Counted from the first letter of the stretch, positions 1 through 9,755 are shown. The stretch: 64,000 nucleotides of DNA from Patescibacteria group bacterium (GCA_041660565.1 JBAZWC010000002.1:287484-351483); one strand, 5' to 3'. The notes: generated by a model from the sequence alone, not told the origin. Program-made: numbers and translations.

Positions 1-774
1 CCGTATCGGGTTATCGGCGGCTTACGTTTTTATGAACGTAAAGAAATAAAAGACGCCATCTGCTATTTACGCGTGGTTGCTAATAAGGCTGATAGAGTCA
101 GTTTGGGGCGAGTCATAAATACTCCAACCAGAGGTATCGGAGAGAAAAGTGTGGAAACAATTTTGCGTGAAACCACCGACCGAGTGTTTGACCCGAACTA
201 TGATATTCCGAATCTGTCGGGCAGAACAGCGGAATCGTTTAAGCGTTTTCGACAAATGATATTGGATGGACGTAAATTGTATGATCAAAACGGCGATCTG
301 CTTGAACTGTTTAATTTTTTAATGGAACAGTCAGGCTATCTGAGCTGGCTTGATAGTCATACTCCCGAAGGATTAAATCGCCTGGAAAACATTGATGAGT
401 TAAAAACTGTACTCAAAGAAGAACCAGATCTAACTACATTTTTAGCCAACGTCAGTTTAGTTTCAGATATCGACCAATATGACGCAAACGCAGATAGCGT
501 AGCGTTAATGACAATGCACTCGGCTAAGGGGCTAGAGTTTCCGGTGGTGTTTATCGCCGGTATGGAAGAAGGAATTTTTCCGCATTCGCGCAGCAGTTTG
601 GACCCATCCGAAATCGAAGAGGAGCGCCGGTTGTGCTACGTTGGTATGACGCGAGCCAAAGAGCGGTTGTATTTGTTATATGCCCGAGAGCGCCGGTTGT
701 ACGGCGGCATTCAAGCAAATCCGGTGTCAAGGTTTATTGGCGATCTGCCCGAGGAACTGATCGAAGAATTATAA
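1..774 (+). CDS. pcrA: UvrD/PcrA-family DNA helicase, C-terminal fragment (5' end lies outside the window)
   Basis: The ORF is open to the window edge. It carries helicase C-terminal motifs MHSAKGLEFPVVFIAGMEEG and LCYVGMTRAKERLYL (motif VI region). Confidence 0.8.
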   Translation, partial: PYRVIGGLRFYERKEIKDAICYLRVVANKADRVSLGRVINTPTRGIGEKSVETILRETTDRVFDPNYDIPNLSGRTAESFKRFRQMILDGRKLYDQNGDLLELFNFLMEQSGYLSWLDSHTPEGLNRLENIDELKTVLKEEPDLTTFLANVSLVSDIDQYDANADSVALMTMHSAKGLEFPVVFIAGMEEGIFPHSRSSLDPSEIEEERRLCYVGMTRAKERLYLLYARERRLYGGIQANPVSRFIGDLPEELIEEL

Positions 775-840
775 TTAATTCCAATTGATCCAATTTGTCC
801 CATTAATCAAATTTGAGAAAGTCAACTTTAGTCTTGTATT

Positions 841-852
841 TGTGCTATAATA
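841..852 (+). promoter_or_regulatory. Extended -10 promoter TGTGCTATAAT
   Basis: TGnTATAAT match upstream of the G5/3D gene. The same 11-mer context recurs at 13424 and 19908. Confidence 0.45.
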
Positions 853-913
853 TAATCCAATTGGAGGAATCATTAGAAAGTGGCACTGGCTGGTTATTGG
901 TGTAGTCAGTATT

Positions 914-1855
914 GTGGCCGGATTAGGTCTGGTTTTGTATAGTTTTAATAAATCTAACTATACATATGCCGCAGATCTCCGATACGTTTTTTTGGTGCGT
1001 GATGTTAGCCCGGATTCGCTTCATAGCATTACTGAGTCGTCTATTATATCTAATAGCTTAGACGCTAGTGTGGCGCTAGCAGCAAATAATATTCCGGTTA
1101 ACGACCAAGACCGCATTATTAATACTCCAAATGGAGTGGGAAATGTGGGCGGGGTGATTACTATTGAGCGTGCCCCAGTTATTCGTCTAACCGATGCAAA
1201 GAAAACCAAAACGGTGCGTAGCTGGCAAAAAACCGTCGGCGACTTGTTGACAGAACAAAAGGTACCGGAAATTGGGGAACAGGACACGGTAACGCCAGCA
1301 ATTAGCGCGCAAGTGGTTCACAATATGTCTGTGACCATTGTCCGAGTACAAGAAACAGATATTATCGAAAAAACTGTGGTAGCTTTCCAAACCTCGGTAG
1401 TTGATGATAACACGCGTTATCGGGGCGAGCCAGACACGGTTACCCAAGCCGGTAAGGATGGGCTAATCACAAAAACTTATCACATTCGTCGTGAAGATGG
1501 GGTTGAGGTGAGTAGGAAATTGCTCAAAACCGATACAGTTGCGATGGTTAAAAAGATTGTTTCCCATCCGGTTAAACTGAAAATTGATTCGTCACAAACA
1601 AGATCTGGACGAGCTACTTGGTATTCGTCGCGATATCAAGCTGCGTCTAATTATCTTGATAGAGGCACAAATGTGCGCGTGACAAATTTAGTGAACGGTA
1701 AATCTGTGTTAATTCAAATACAAGATCATATGGCAAATGACGGGTCAGATGGTAGAAATGTAATAATTGATTTGCATCCAACGTATTTTTCTCAACTCGG
1801 AGTTCCAATAAGTCAGGGTCTTATGTCTGTAAAAGTCGAGGTAATTGTAAATTAA
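914..1855 (+). CDS. G5-domain plus 3D/RlpA-like (double-psi beta-barrel) cell-wall protein, YabE-like
   Basis: G5-like segment RGEPDTVTQAGKDGLITKTYHIRREDGVEV and a C-terminal 3D-type block GRATWYSS..TNVRVTNLVNGKSVLIQIQDH. As in Bacillus, the yabE-like gene sits next to ksgA/rsmA. The true start may lie upstream of the GTG at 914, in an in-frame region open from 851 that would add a TM helix. Confidence 0.7.
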   Translation: MAGLGLVLYSFNKSNYTYAADLRYVFLVRDVSPDSLHSITESSIISNSLDASVALAANNIPVNDQDRIINTPNGVGNVGGVITIERAPVIRLTDAKKTKTVRSWQKTVGDLLTEQKVPEIGEQDTVTPAISAQVVHNMSVTIVRVQETDIIEKTVVAFQTSVVDDNTRYRGEPDTVTQAGKDGLITKTYHIRREDGVEVSRKLLKTDTVAMVKKIVSHPVKLKIDSSQTRSGRATWYSSRYQAASNYLDRGTNVRVTNLVNGKSVLIQIQDHMANDGSDGRNVIIDLHPTYFSQLGVPISQGLMSVKVEVIVN

Positions 1856-1870
1856 ATCTACGGCGGTCGT

Positions 1871-1973
1871 CTCCTCACCCGGCCTAACGGCCACCCTCTC
1901 CTCGGGGAGGAGAGGGAAACCCTGGAACCCTTCTCCTCTAGAGGAGAAGGTGCCGGTACGGCGGATGAGGAGG
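1871..1973. repeat. Palindromic repeat family D, copy D1
   Basis: CTCCTCACCCGGCC..GGCCACCCTCTCCTC-loop-GAGGAGAGGG..CCCTTCTCCTC-loop-GAGGAGAAGGTGCC..GGCGGATGAGGAG. The core of D2 at 18005 is near-identical. Confidence 0.85.
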
Positions 1974-1988
1974 AAATAAAAGGAAAAT

Positions 1989-2783
1989 ATGCGGCAAAAA
2001 CTCGGACAACATTTTCTAAATGATCTAAACGTTATTAAAACGGCGGTTATTAATCTACCCAAACCAACTGATGATTTATTAGTGGTAGAGGTGGGGCCGG
2101 GTCAGGGCGTGCTAACGCGTGAATTACTTAACGCTGGCTATCAGGTTTTGGCGATTGAGTGGGATGAGGAGCTGCTCGCTAGTTTGCAAGCCGAATTTAG
2201 CGGTCAAAAGCGCCTACATTTAATCAATGCCGACATTCGCACATTCGACCTGGTCAAACAAATTAAATCACTCAAATTTAGCCGATACGTCATTGCTGCA
2301 AACCTGCCGTATTATTTATCGTCGTATTTCTTGCGCAGTGTGTTTGGATATCAGCTGCTACCTGAAAAGATGGTTTTATTATTGCAACAAGAGGTGGCGC
2401 AGCGTCTAGCGGCGGAAGTTGGCAGCAAGAAACGTAGTACTTTATCCATTTTAGCCCAAAGTTATTGCCGTCCCGAAGTGATATTGTCTGTCCCAGCGTC
2501 TTCTTTTACTCCGCCGCCAAAAGTAACCAGCGCTTTAGTTGAAATGGATCAGATTAAAAATCCGTTTAAGTCAAACGAAGAATCCAAACGATTTTTTCGG
2601 GTGGTGAAAGCGGGATTTGGCGAGAAGAGAAAGACCATCATTAACTCGCTTGCCGGAGGAATGCACTTGGAAAAGGACGAGATTGGGCTAATGCTGAGCG
2701 AATTAAAAATCGATTCAACTTTGCGCGCAGAGGATTTGTCGATTGAACAATGGCGAAAACTTACACAAGAATTTGAAATTTGA
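1989..2783 (+). CDS. rsmA: 16S rRNA (adenine1518/1519-N6)-dimethyltransferase
   Basis: N-terminal GQHFLND motif and a SAM-binding region VVEVGPGQGVLT. Length is 264 aa. Confidence 0.92.
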   Translation: MRQKLGQHFLNDLNVIKTAVINLPKPTDDLLVVEVGPGQGVLTRELLNAGYQVLAIEWDEELLASLQAEFSGQKRLHLINADIRTFDLVKQIKSLKFSRYVIAANLPYYLSSYFLRSVFGYQLLPEKMVLLLQQEVAQRLAAEVGSKKRSTLSILAQSYCRPEVILSVPASSFTPPPKVTSALVEMDQIKNPFKSNEESKRFFRVVKAGFGEKRKTIINSLAGGMHLEKDEIGLMLSELKIDSTLRAEDLSIEQWRKLTQEFEI

Positions 2784-2796
2784 AATTTTTAATGGC
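2770..2796. repeat. AT-rich repeat family F (F1), overlapping the rsmA stop
   Basis: gaatttgaaatttgaaatttttaatgg. Related AAATTTTAAATTTTTAATTTTAAAA elements lie downstream of several genes. Confidence 0.55.
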
Positions 2797-2797
2797 G

Positions 2798-2890
2798 GAA
2801 GGGATTTTTTCTCAGATTTCTCCCTCCGGGCGTAGTCTACGGGCGGAGCCAACGTGGTCGATTTGACAATCTCCCCGGGTCGAAATGACA
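2798..2890. repeat. Palindromic repeat family A, partial copy A1 (right half only)
   Basis: Contains TCTCAGATTTCTCC and the terminal GGGTCGAAATGACA. The left arm TGTCATTTCGAC is missing. Confidence 0.75.
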
Positions 2891-2911
2891 ATGGATTGAT
2901 GAGGTAAGTAT

Positions 2912-3568
2912 ATGTTATACGTTGTAGCAACCCCAATTGGAAATTTAGAGGATATCACAGATAGAGCTAGACGAATCTTGACGTCGGTAAGCTATATTGC
3001 GTGTGAAGACCCGAATCACAGCCGGATATTATTACAAAAAATTGGGAGTGTAGCCAAAACTATTGCTTTGAATGCTCATTCAAAATCTCCTAAAGTTGAT
3101 CAAGTAATTTCTTTGCTGCTGGCCGGAAATGACGTGGCTTACATTACTGACGCGGGTACGCCGGGTATTTCTGATCCGGGTGGGATTTTGGTTGAGGCTG
3201 CTCACAATAAAGAGATTGAGGTTTGTCCAATCCCGGGGCCATCGGCAGTGGCTTGCGCGTTATCGGTTTGCGGGTTCTGTGCTGATCAATTTATTTTTTA
3301 TGGCTACATCCCCAAGAAAAAAGGTCGTCAGACATTTTGGCTAAAATTGCAAAACCAAAAAATAACCGCTGTGATGTTTGAATCTCCAGACCGAATTGCC
3401 AAGACATTGGCCGAAATTCGTGCTACAATTAAGCCTGATAGGCGGGTGTGTATTTGCCGCGAATTAACCAAACAGTTTGAACAAATATGGCGGGGCACTA
3501 TCGCGCAAATTGAATCCGCTAAAATTATGGCAAAAGGGGAATTTGTGATCGTTTTGGAAGGTGACTAA
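2912..3568 (+). CDS. rsmI: 16S rRNA 2'-O-methyltransferase RsmI (tetrapyrrole-methylase fold)
   Basis: MLYVVATPIGNLEDIT N-terminus, typical RsmI length, and it follows rsmA. Confidence 0.9.
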   Translation: MLYVVATPIGNLEDITDRARRILTSVSYIACEDPNHSRILLQKIGSVAKTIALNAHSKSPKVDQVISLLLAGNDVAYITDAGTPGISDPGGILVEAAHNKEIEVCPIPGPSAVACALSVCGFCADQFIFYGYIPKKKGRQTFWLKLQNQKITAVMFESPDRIAKTLAEIRATIKPDRRVCICRELTKQFEQIWRGTIAQIESAKIMAKGEFVIVLEGD

Positions 3569-4623
3569 TGTTAAATAATTTCTTAAATAAACCGAATTAT
3601 AATTTATCGCCTAAAATATTGGCGGCGATCGCCAAGATAGAGCGGGCACAGGGAATCATTGACGCATCGCCGTTGGTGCCAACTTTTGAGCGAGATTTGC
3701 AATACGAAGCAATGTTGGCCACAATTCATGCGTCCACGCATATTGAGGGCAATGTTTTGGGTCAAGGCGCGGTAGAGCGCATTCTAAAAGGCGAAATCGT
3801 AACCGCTCGGCAGCGCGACATCCAAGAGGTAGTGAACTATCGCAATGTTATCGAATATGTTGGTAAAGTTTTTCGCAATACCAAGCAGCCGTTTACTGAT
3901 GTAATGATTCGTGAGTTTCATCGCGTTTTAATGCGCGATCTACTGCCCGAAGAACAGTTAGGCCAGTATCGCATTGTCCAAAACTATATTGTTGATGCCC
4001 GAACCGGCAAAACCATTTATACCCCGCCTCCAGCCAGAGACGTGCCAAAGCTAATGTTGGCGCTAACCGACTGGATAGTAGGGCAGAGCCCAGGCAGTTG
4101 TCATCCGGTCATTAAAGCGGCCTTGGCGCACTTTTTGGTAGAGGCAGTGCATCCGTTTGTAGATGGCAACGGCCGAGTTGGCCGTGTAGTGGCGATGTTT
4201 CTGCTTTACCGTGACGGCTACGATACGCGGCGATTGTTTTCGCTAGAAGATTATTACGATCAAGATCCCAAACAGTACTACCAGTCTTTGCGCTCGGTTT
4301 TGACTGCGCGGGCAGACGCCACAGAGTGGGTAGAGTATTTTGTAACCGGATTTGCAGTGCAGATTGATCAGATTTCGCAAAAAATCAGAGCGTACCTGGA
4401 CGGCGAGAAAAATCGCGATAAATTTGTAAAACAAGAGTTAAACAAGCGCCAGTTTGATGCTGTGCGTTGGCTGCAACATCACAAATCGGTGACGGCACTA
4501 GAATATGCCGAGCATTTTAAGGTTTCAAAACGCACTGCTAACTACGATCTTTCAGAGTTGGTGGGTAAAAAAATGGTTCTCCAAGAGGGCGAATCCCGTT
4601 CCTCGCGGTTTAAGCTAGCATAG
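3568..4623 (+). CDS. fic: Fic-family AMPylase (class II, N-terminal inhibitory helix) with C-terminal winged-helix
   Basis: Canonical Fic motif HPFVDGNGRVGR. The N-terminal STHIEGN matches the (S/T)xxxE(G/N) inhibitory motif. The start overlaps the rsmI stop (TAATG). Confidence 0.85.
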   Translation: MLNNFLNKPNYNLSPKILAAIAKIERAQGIIDASPLVPTFERDLQYEAMLATIHASTHIEGNVLGQGAVERILKGEIVTARQRDIQEVVNYRNVIEYVGKVFRNTKQPFTDVMIREFHRVLMRDLLPEEQLGQYRIVQNYIVDARTGKTIYTPPPARDVPKLMLALTDWIVGQSPGSCHPVIKAALAHFLVEAVHPFVDGNGRVGRVVAMFLLYRDGYDTRRLFSLEDYYDQDPKQYYQSLRSVLTARADATEWVEYFVTGFAVQIDQISQKIRAYLDGEKNRDKFVKQELNKRQFDAVRWLQHHKSVTALEYAEHFKVSKRTANYDLSELVGKKMVLQEGESRSSRFKLA

Positions 4624-4646
4624 AGTTTAGGAAAATATCACGACTG

Positions 4647-4745
4647 GTGTAGGGGCGGACTCATACTTGTCCTCCGTAGCCTTCTTGACTTTCCGTAGCT
4701 TTAGCGTAGGAGGTGGCGAAGGGGGATGTCCGCCCGTTTGGGGTG
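4647..4745. repeat. Palindromic repeat family C, long variant C1
   Basis: GTAGGGGCGGACTCATA..[~60-bp insert]..ATGTCCGCCCGTTTGG. Core hairpin GGGCGGAC/GTCCGCCC. Confidence 0.8.
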
Positions 4746-4852
4746 ATTTAATCGACAATAACCAGTAAAAGTGATATTATGATTCCGAAACAATAGCTGT
4801 CTTGGCTAATCGCTGTCGACGTAACGAGAACACCTGAAAGGAGAAACAGGTC

Positions 4853-5263
4853 ATGCTCGGTAAAGTCGGGTACATAACGGTAGCGATGGTTACCATTCTT
4901 CTCGGGATATTGTGCCTAATCATTCGAGACGATGGCCCACTGTTCGACGATCGTTCCGCGACGTTGGTGGCGCAGATCGATGCCGCCGACATGTCGGATT
5001 GTATCTCTCTGGTTGGTGCAGACACATCGGTGCTGACGAAGTCTCGGACGATGGTGGTGGTGTCGGTGCCGTTTGGGAATGCCAGTAGCCCGCCACTTTT
5101 CCAGAATACGTCGAAAAGCGCGACGACTGTGCGCTGGTTTCTGACCGGGGAGGAGAGAATACCGCTCAGTCTGACCACACAGGTCAAGGCCGGAACGTCC
5201 TATATCTCGGCTGAGCCGATCGATCTCGGCCACGGAAAGATGCGACTAAGGGTCTCGCTATGA
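4853..5263 (+). CDS. Hypothetical membrane-anchored protein encoded on GC-rich micro-island I1
   Basis: Strong RBS AAAGGAG 7 nt upstream, an N-terminal hydrophobic helix, and an intrinsic terminator immediately downstream. GC content is visibly above the backbone. Confidence 0.6.
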   Translation: MLGKVGYITVAMVTILLGILCLIIRDDGPLFDDRSATLVAQIDAADMSDCISLVGADTSVLTKSRTMVVVSVPFGNASSPPLFQNTSKSATTVRWFLTGEERIPLSLTTQVKAGTSYISAEPIDLGHGKMRLRVSL

Positions 5264-5273
5264 CGGCGGGCGT

Positions 5274-5313
5274 GGGGTCGGATGACAAGAGTTGTCCGAC
5301 CCCGTTAATTTTT
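5274..5313 (+). terminator. Intrinsic terminator of island I1
   Basis: Hairpin GGGGTCGGATGACAAGAGTTGTCCGACCCC followed by TTAATTTTTT. Confidence 0.65.
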
Positions 5314-5315
5314 TA

Positions 5316-5348
5316 TATAGATTCTGGGTCAAGCCCGGGATGACAATC
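5316..5348. repeat. Palindromic repeat family B, copy B1
   Basis: TATAGATTCTGGGTCAAGCCCGGGATGACA, near-identical to B2 at 40413. Confidence 0.8.
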
Positions 5349-5389
5349 TATCCTAATCACCATATCTTTGCTATATTTAGGGTGGAGAT

Positions 5390-6886
5390 ATGATGAAAAA
5401 GTTTTTTATCACCACCCCAATTTATTACGTTAATGATGTGCCGCACCTTGGGCACCTTTACACCACTTTAGCGGGTGATATTTTGGCGCGCCATTATCGT
5501 TTAACGGGGCGCGAGGTTTATTTTTTAACCGGCACCGATGAACATGGCTCCAAAATCGCCGAGGCAGCCGAAAAACATAATCAATCACCACAGGCCTTTG
5601 TAGATAACATTTCAGAGCAGTTTAAGCAGGTGTGGCAAAAGTACGACATCACTTTTGATCGATTTATTCGCACTACCGAAGAAGAGCACGTTAAAGTGGT
5701 CCAACAATTTCTGACCGATTTGCAGGCTCGTGGATATATTTATAAGGGCGAGTATTCCGGTTTGTATTGCCGTGGTTGCGAGGAGTACAAAAAAACATCA
5801 GATTTGGTTGATGGGCTTTGCCCGGTGCACCAGCGCGCTCCCGAATCTTTGGCTGAGCCGGCCTATTTTTTCAAATTGTCCGCTTTCGCCGATCAGATTT
5901 CTAGTTTAATCGATTCGCGTCAGTTGGAAATTCAGCCGGAGTCACGCCGCAACGAAGTACTATCATTCTTATCTAGCGGTTTAGAAGATGTGGCCATTTC
6001 GCGCCAAAACGTCGAATGGGGCATCCCGCTGCCTTGGGATCAGTCTCATACTATTTACGTGTGGATTGACGCCTTAATTAACTATTATACCGCGGGTCTT
6101 AAAGTAGACTGTTGGCCGGCAGACTGGCATTTAATGTCTAAAGACATTTTGCGATTTCACTGCGTTATTTGGCCGGCAATGCTGCTGGCGCTTGAGTTAG
6201 ACTTGCCAAAATCAATTTTCATTCACGGCTATTTTACGGTTGATGGTCAAAAGATGAGTAAGAGTTTAGGCAACGTGGTTAACCCTCTCGAAATGCTGCA
6301 GAAATATGATCGTGATGTAATTCGGGTCTTCCTTTTCAAATCGTTTCCGTTTGGTGCCGATGGTGATTTTTCGTGGGAGTTACTTGATCGATTTTATAAC
6401 GGCCAGTTGGCTAACGAGTTGGGCAATTTGGTACAGCGCGTGTTGGTGATGGCGGACAAATATTGTGACGGGATAGTGCCAAAGGGTGGCGGGTCGGTTT
6501 TGTCTGAGTTGACGCTGGATTTTGTTCAAAATACCCGCAAAGACATCGAAAAATTAGCTTTTGGCGATGCCCTGAATCATATTTTTAGTTTAATTCAGTT
6601 GGCCAATCGTCATATTGATAATATTAAATTATGGGATAAATCGAACGAACAAGCATTCATCAACCAAGGCATCGCGGAGTTGATCGAATTAATTAGGCAT
6701 CTTTCAATTGCGCTTTTGCCGATTATGCCCGATACCGCCCACAAAATTGCGCATTCACTTAATTTTGATCTTAAAAACAGTTATACTAAAGATGAATACG
6801 AAACAATAATAAGGTGGGGAAACTATCTTGAAGGGCGCAAGATTGTGGTGCCTGAGGTGCTGTTTCCACGAAGAGGAGAAAGTTGA
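5390..6886 (+). CDS. metG: Methionine--tRNA ligase (short form lacking C-terminal extension)
   Basis: Class I HIGH motif PHLGHLYT and a KMSKS motif. Length is 498 aa. Confidence 0.9.
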   Translation: MMKKFFITTPIYYVNDVPHLGHLYTTLAGDILARHYRLTGREVYFLTGTDEHGSKIAEAAEKHNQSPQAFVDNISEQFKQVWQKYDITFDRFIRTTEEEHVKVVQQFLTDLQARGYIYKGEYSGLYCRGCEEYKKTSDLVDGLCPVHQRAPESLAEPAYFFKLSAFADQISSLIDSRQLEIQPESRRNEVLSFLSSGLEDVAISRQNVEWGIPLPWDQSHTIYVWIDALINYYTAGLKVDCWPADWHLMSKDILRFHCVIWPAMLLALELDLPKSIFIHGYFTVDGQKMSKSLGNVVNPLEMLQKYDRDVIRVFLFKSFPFGADGDFSWELLDRFYNGQLANELGNLVQRVLVMADKYCDGIVPKGGGSVLSELTLDFVQNTRKDIEKLAFGDALNHIFSLIQLANRHIDNIKLWDKSNEQAFINQGIAELIELIRHLSIALLPIMPDTAHKIAHSLNFDLKNSYTKDEYETIIRWGNYLEGRKIVVPEVLFPRRGES

Positions 6887-7731
6887 TTGTCGGAATTTTA
6901 GCGGCCATTGGGTTTGCCGGTGGGGTTTTAGTTGATAAATACGAGCTTTCTAAGCGTCGGATACCGGTGCGTACCTACGTTCCGTTGATGTTCTTAACTT
7001 TGTGTTTATTTACCGGCATTGCGCTGGTTATTTTTCAACAACCAATTATGCAATATGGTACATCACTAAACTTCTCTTATGTTTTTGCATTTCTAGCGAT
7101 GATTTTGGTGGCGCTGGCTTGGAATCTGTTTTACTATCGCGCCCTAATGAAAGAGTCACTGCAAGAATTTGACCTAATTTTACTCACCGAGCCGCTAATT
7201 ACTATCGCAATGGCCGGGCTGTTATTTAGAAGTGAGCGTAATGCCACGGTGCTGCTACTGGCGTTAATCGCCTCAATTACCCTAGTGATTGCGCATATGC
7301 GTCGCAAAAAAATTAAATTTGACCATTATGCCAAAGAACTTATTTTAGCGATTTTCCTAATGTCGCTTGAAGTGATGATTATTCGCTATCTACTTGAAGT
7401 ATTTTCACCGATTGGGTTATATTTCTTGCGTACTTTTGTGGTCTATCTATTGGTAACGGCAATTTATAAGCCGAATTATAAAACCGTTAAGCATGCGGAT
7501 GCGGCTGCTATTGCTTTGACTGCCGGTTTTGGGGTAATGCAGATGGTGCTTCGGTATTACGGATATGAAATGGGTGGTGTGGTTATTACTACCTTAATGC
7601 TTTTGCTTGGGCCGTTGATTGTGGAAATGGTAAGCGTAAGCTTGTTAAAAGAAAAGGTGAATATTAAAACCGTCTCGGCTTTTATTGTTATTGCTGCCTG
7701 CGTGCTGTTCGCTTCAGTTCTTGGAACGTGA
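6883..7731 (+). CDS. Polytopic membrane protein, unknown function
   Basis: About 8-9 predicted hydrophobic helices. Start overlaps the metG stop and end overlaps the tatD start (operon). Confidence 0.6.
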   Translation: MIVGILAAIGFAGGVLVDKYELSKRRIPVRTYVPLMFLTLCLFTGIALVIFQQPIMQYGTSLNFSYVFAFLAMILVALAWNLFYYRALMKESLQEFDLILLTEPLITIAMAGLLFRSERNATVLLLALIASITLVIAHMRRKKIKFDHYAKELILAIFLMSLEVMIIRYLLEVFSPIGLYFLRTFVVYLLVTAIYKPNYKTVKHADAAAIALTAGFGVMQMVLRYYGYEMGGVVITTLMLLLGPLIVEMVSVSLLKEKVNIKTVSAFIVIAACVLFASVLGT

Positions 7732-8480
7732 TGATTGACACACATACTCATTTGAATTTTATTGATTTTGAGCCCGATCTTTCTGACGTGTTGTCACGGA
7801 TGAAAGACGCTGGGGTAATTTCTGCGATTGTGGTAGGCACGGATGATGAATCAAATATCAGTGCAATCAATTTAGCCAATCAGTATGAACAGTTGTATGC
7901 CGCGATTGGCATACATCCCTCAGACGTTAAAGGTGATTTTGACATATCTGATCTAAAAAATCTGACCAAGTCCCCAAAAGTGGTGGCTATTGGCGAAGTG
8001 GGGTTAGATTATTCATATGATGTTGACCATGGTTTACAGGCTAGGGCGTTTGAGGAATTTATGGCATTATCCGCGCAATCAAACTTGCCGTTAATTATTC
8101 ATTGTCGAGATGCTATGGACGATCTAATTACAGTTTTGTCTAAGTCGAACCAAGTTACCGGCGTAGTGCATTGTTTTACCGGTACATTAGCACAAGCGAA
8201 CCGTCTGATAGCGCTCGGATTGCATATTTCGTTTACCGGAATGATTACCTATCCAAAGAACGAGGAGCTCCGTCAAGTAATATTAAATCTGCCACACGAC
8301 AAAGTGTTGGTAGAGACTGATTGCCCGTTTTTGCCGCCACAATCCAAAAGAGGGAAGAGGTGCGAGCCGAAAGACATGGTAGAAGTGGCTGCCGCCATTG
8401 GACAAATATGGGATAAAAATGTAGAATATGTTGACAAGGTAACTTCTGACAATGCTAGGCGGTTATTTAAGATCAAATAA
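7728..8480 (+). CDS. tatD: TatD-family metal-dependent DNase/hydrolase
   Basis: MMIDTHTHLNF N-terminus, about 250 aa, TIM-barrel hydrolase pattern. Confidence 0.88.
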   Translation: MMIDTHTHLNFIDFEPDLSDVLSRMKDAGVISAIVVGTDDESNISAINLANQYEQLYAAIGIHPSDVKGDFDISDLKNLTKSPKVVAIGEVGLDYSYDVDHGLQARAFEEFMALSAQSNLPLIIHCRDAMDDLITVLSKSNQVTGVVHCFTGTLAQANRLIALGLHISFTGMITYPKNEELRQVILNLPHDKVLVETDCPFLPPQSKRGKRCEPKDMVEVAAAIGQIWDKNVEYVDKVTSDNARRLFKIK

Positions 8481-8506
8481 CAATACATCGATGGACGAGG
8501 TATAAC

Positions 8507-8543
8507 GAAAATTTTAAATTTTAAATTTTTAATTTTAAAAATT
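8507..8543. repeat. AT-rich repeat family F (F2)
   Basis: GAAAATTTTAAATTTTAAATTTTTAATTTTAAAAATT, about 30 nt near-identical to F8 at 38296. Confidence 0.7.
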
Positions 8544-8795
8544 ATGAATAAATATTTAACAAAACAATCTGCGGTTAACCAAATAGAAATGGTTCTGGAC
8601 CAAATCCGGCCGGCGTTACAAAATCATGGTGGAAACGTCGAAGTGGTTGGATTTGACAATGGAGTGGTGAAGGTAAAATTGACCGGGCATTGTCACGATT
8701 GTCTTATTTCGACCGTAACGCTCAAACTAGGAATCGAACGTGCTTTATGCGCCAATCTACCAAATTTGGTGAAAAAAGTAATTGAGGTAAAATGA
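8544..8795 (+). CDS. NifU/Nfu-like Fe-S cluster scaffold domain protein
   Basis: Nfu-type CxxC motif GHCHDC. Length is 83 aa. Confidence 0.75.
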   Translation: MNKYLTKQSAVNQIEMVLDQIRPALQNHGGNVEVVGFDNGVVKVKLTGHCHDCLISTVTLKLGIERALCANLPNLVKKVIEVK

Positions 8796-9619
8796 CAGCA
8801 AAATTATTATTAGGTCAGCCTGTTGCAGATCAGATTTACGCTGACATAAAATTTAAATTGACCCATTTACCCAGACCGGTGCATATTGCCGCTATTTTGA
8901 TTGGCGACGATATGGGGTCGGTAACTTATTTACGAATGAAAGAGAAGCGATGTGCCGAGTTGGGGATAGGTTTTACTTTGGTCAAATTGGCTCAAGACAT
9001 TAAGACCTCTAAAGTTGAATCCGAAATAAGTAAGCTAAACGCTGATGAAAAAATTACTGGCGTTATAGTCCAATTGCCGCTACCAAAACATTTAGATCAA
9101 GATTATCTACTTAAACAAATCAATCCCAAAAAAGATATTGATGCATTTGGCTATTTGAATTCATCTGACGCTAAAAATCAGATCGTATATCCGCCAACGC
9201 CAACCGGAATGCTGAAGTTATGCGAATTTTATGATATCGACCTGAAAAATCAAAAAATCGTGGTCATTGGCGATGGATTATTAGTCGGGCTACCACTACA
9301 TCGAATGTTGTGCGACCTTGGGTTTGGTTCTATGCTGATCAACAATAGCGATGCGCCTCAGTCTAGAAAAGACATTATTGAAGCCGATGTGATTTTTTGT
9401 GGTGTGGGCAAGGCAGATTTAATTACGCCAGAGATGATCAAAAATGGTGTGGTCATAATTGATGCTGGTTATTCTAAAGTAAGTGGGCAAACTCGTGGCG
9501 ACGCTGATCCGGAATGTGAGAAGAAAGCATCGGCAATAACTCCGCCTGTCGGAGGTGTTGGGCCATTAACTGTCGCGTGCTTACTATTAAATGCAGTCAA
9601 ACTTGTAGAAATAAAGTGA
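8792..9619 (+). CDS. folD: Bifunctional methylenetetrahydrofolate dehydrogenase/cyclohydrolase
   Basis: YLRMKEKRCAELGIGF and GVIVQLPLP motifs, 275 aa. Confidence 0.9.
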   Translation: MTAKLLLGQPVADQIYADIKFKLTHLPRPVHIAAILIGDDMGSVTYLRMKEKRCAELGIGFTLVKLAQDIKTSKVESEISKLNADEKITGVIVQLPLPKHLDQDYLLKQINPKKDIDAFGYLNSSDAKNQIVYPPTPTGMLKLCEFYDIDLKNQKIVVIGDGLLVGLPLHRMLCDLGFGSMLINNSDAPQSRKDIIEADVIFCGVGKADLITPEMIKNGVVIIDAGYSKVSGQTRGDADPECEKKASAITPPVGGVGPLTVACLLLNAVKLVEIK

Positions 9620-9630
9620 ATTTTATGAGC

Positions 9631-9755
9631 TGTCATTTCGACTCCTCGAGCGTTGTCTCGAGGGTGGAGAAATCTTTCAAAAAGACGGGAATGGATTCTT
9701 TCTTGAGATTTCTCCGACACAGTCGATCTGCGGCTCTCCTAGGGTCGAAATGACA
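9631..9755. repeat. Palindromic repeat family A, full copy A2
   Basis: TGTCATTTCGACTCCTCG..GGAGAAATCT..AGATTTCTCC..GGGTCGAAATGACA. The terminal ATG of the repeat is the mnmA start codon. Confidence 0.85.

Noticed and set aside
4777-5233. Minus-strand ORFs 4777-5187 and 4916-5233 in island I1
   Set aside because: High GC content inflates ORF length on all frames. Only the + strand ORF 4853-5263 has a strong RBS (AAAGGAG) and a downstream terminator.
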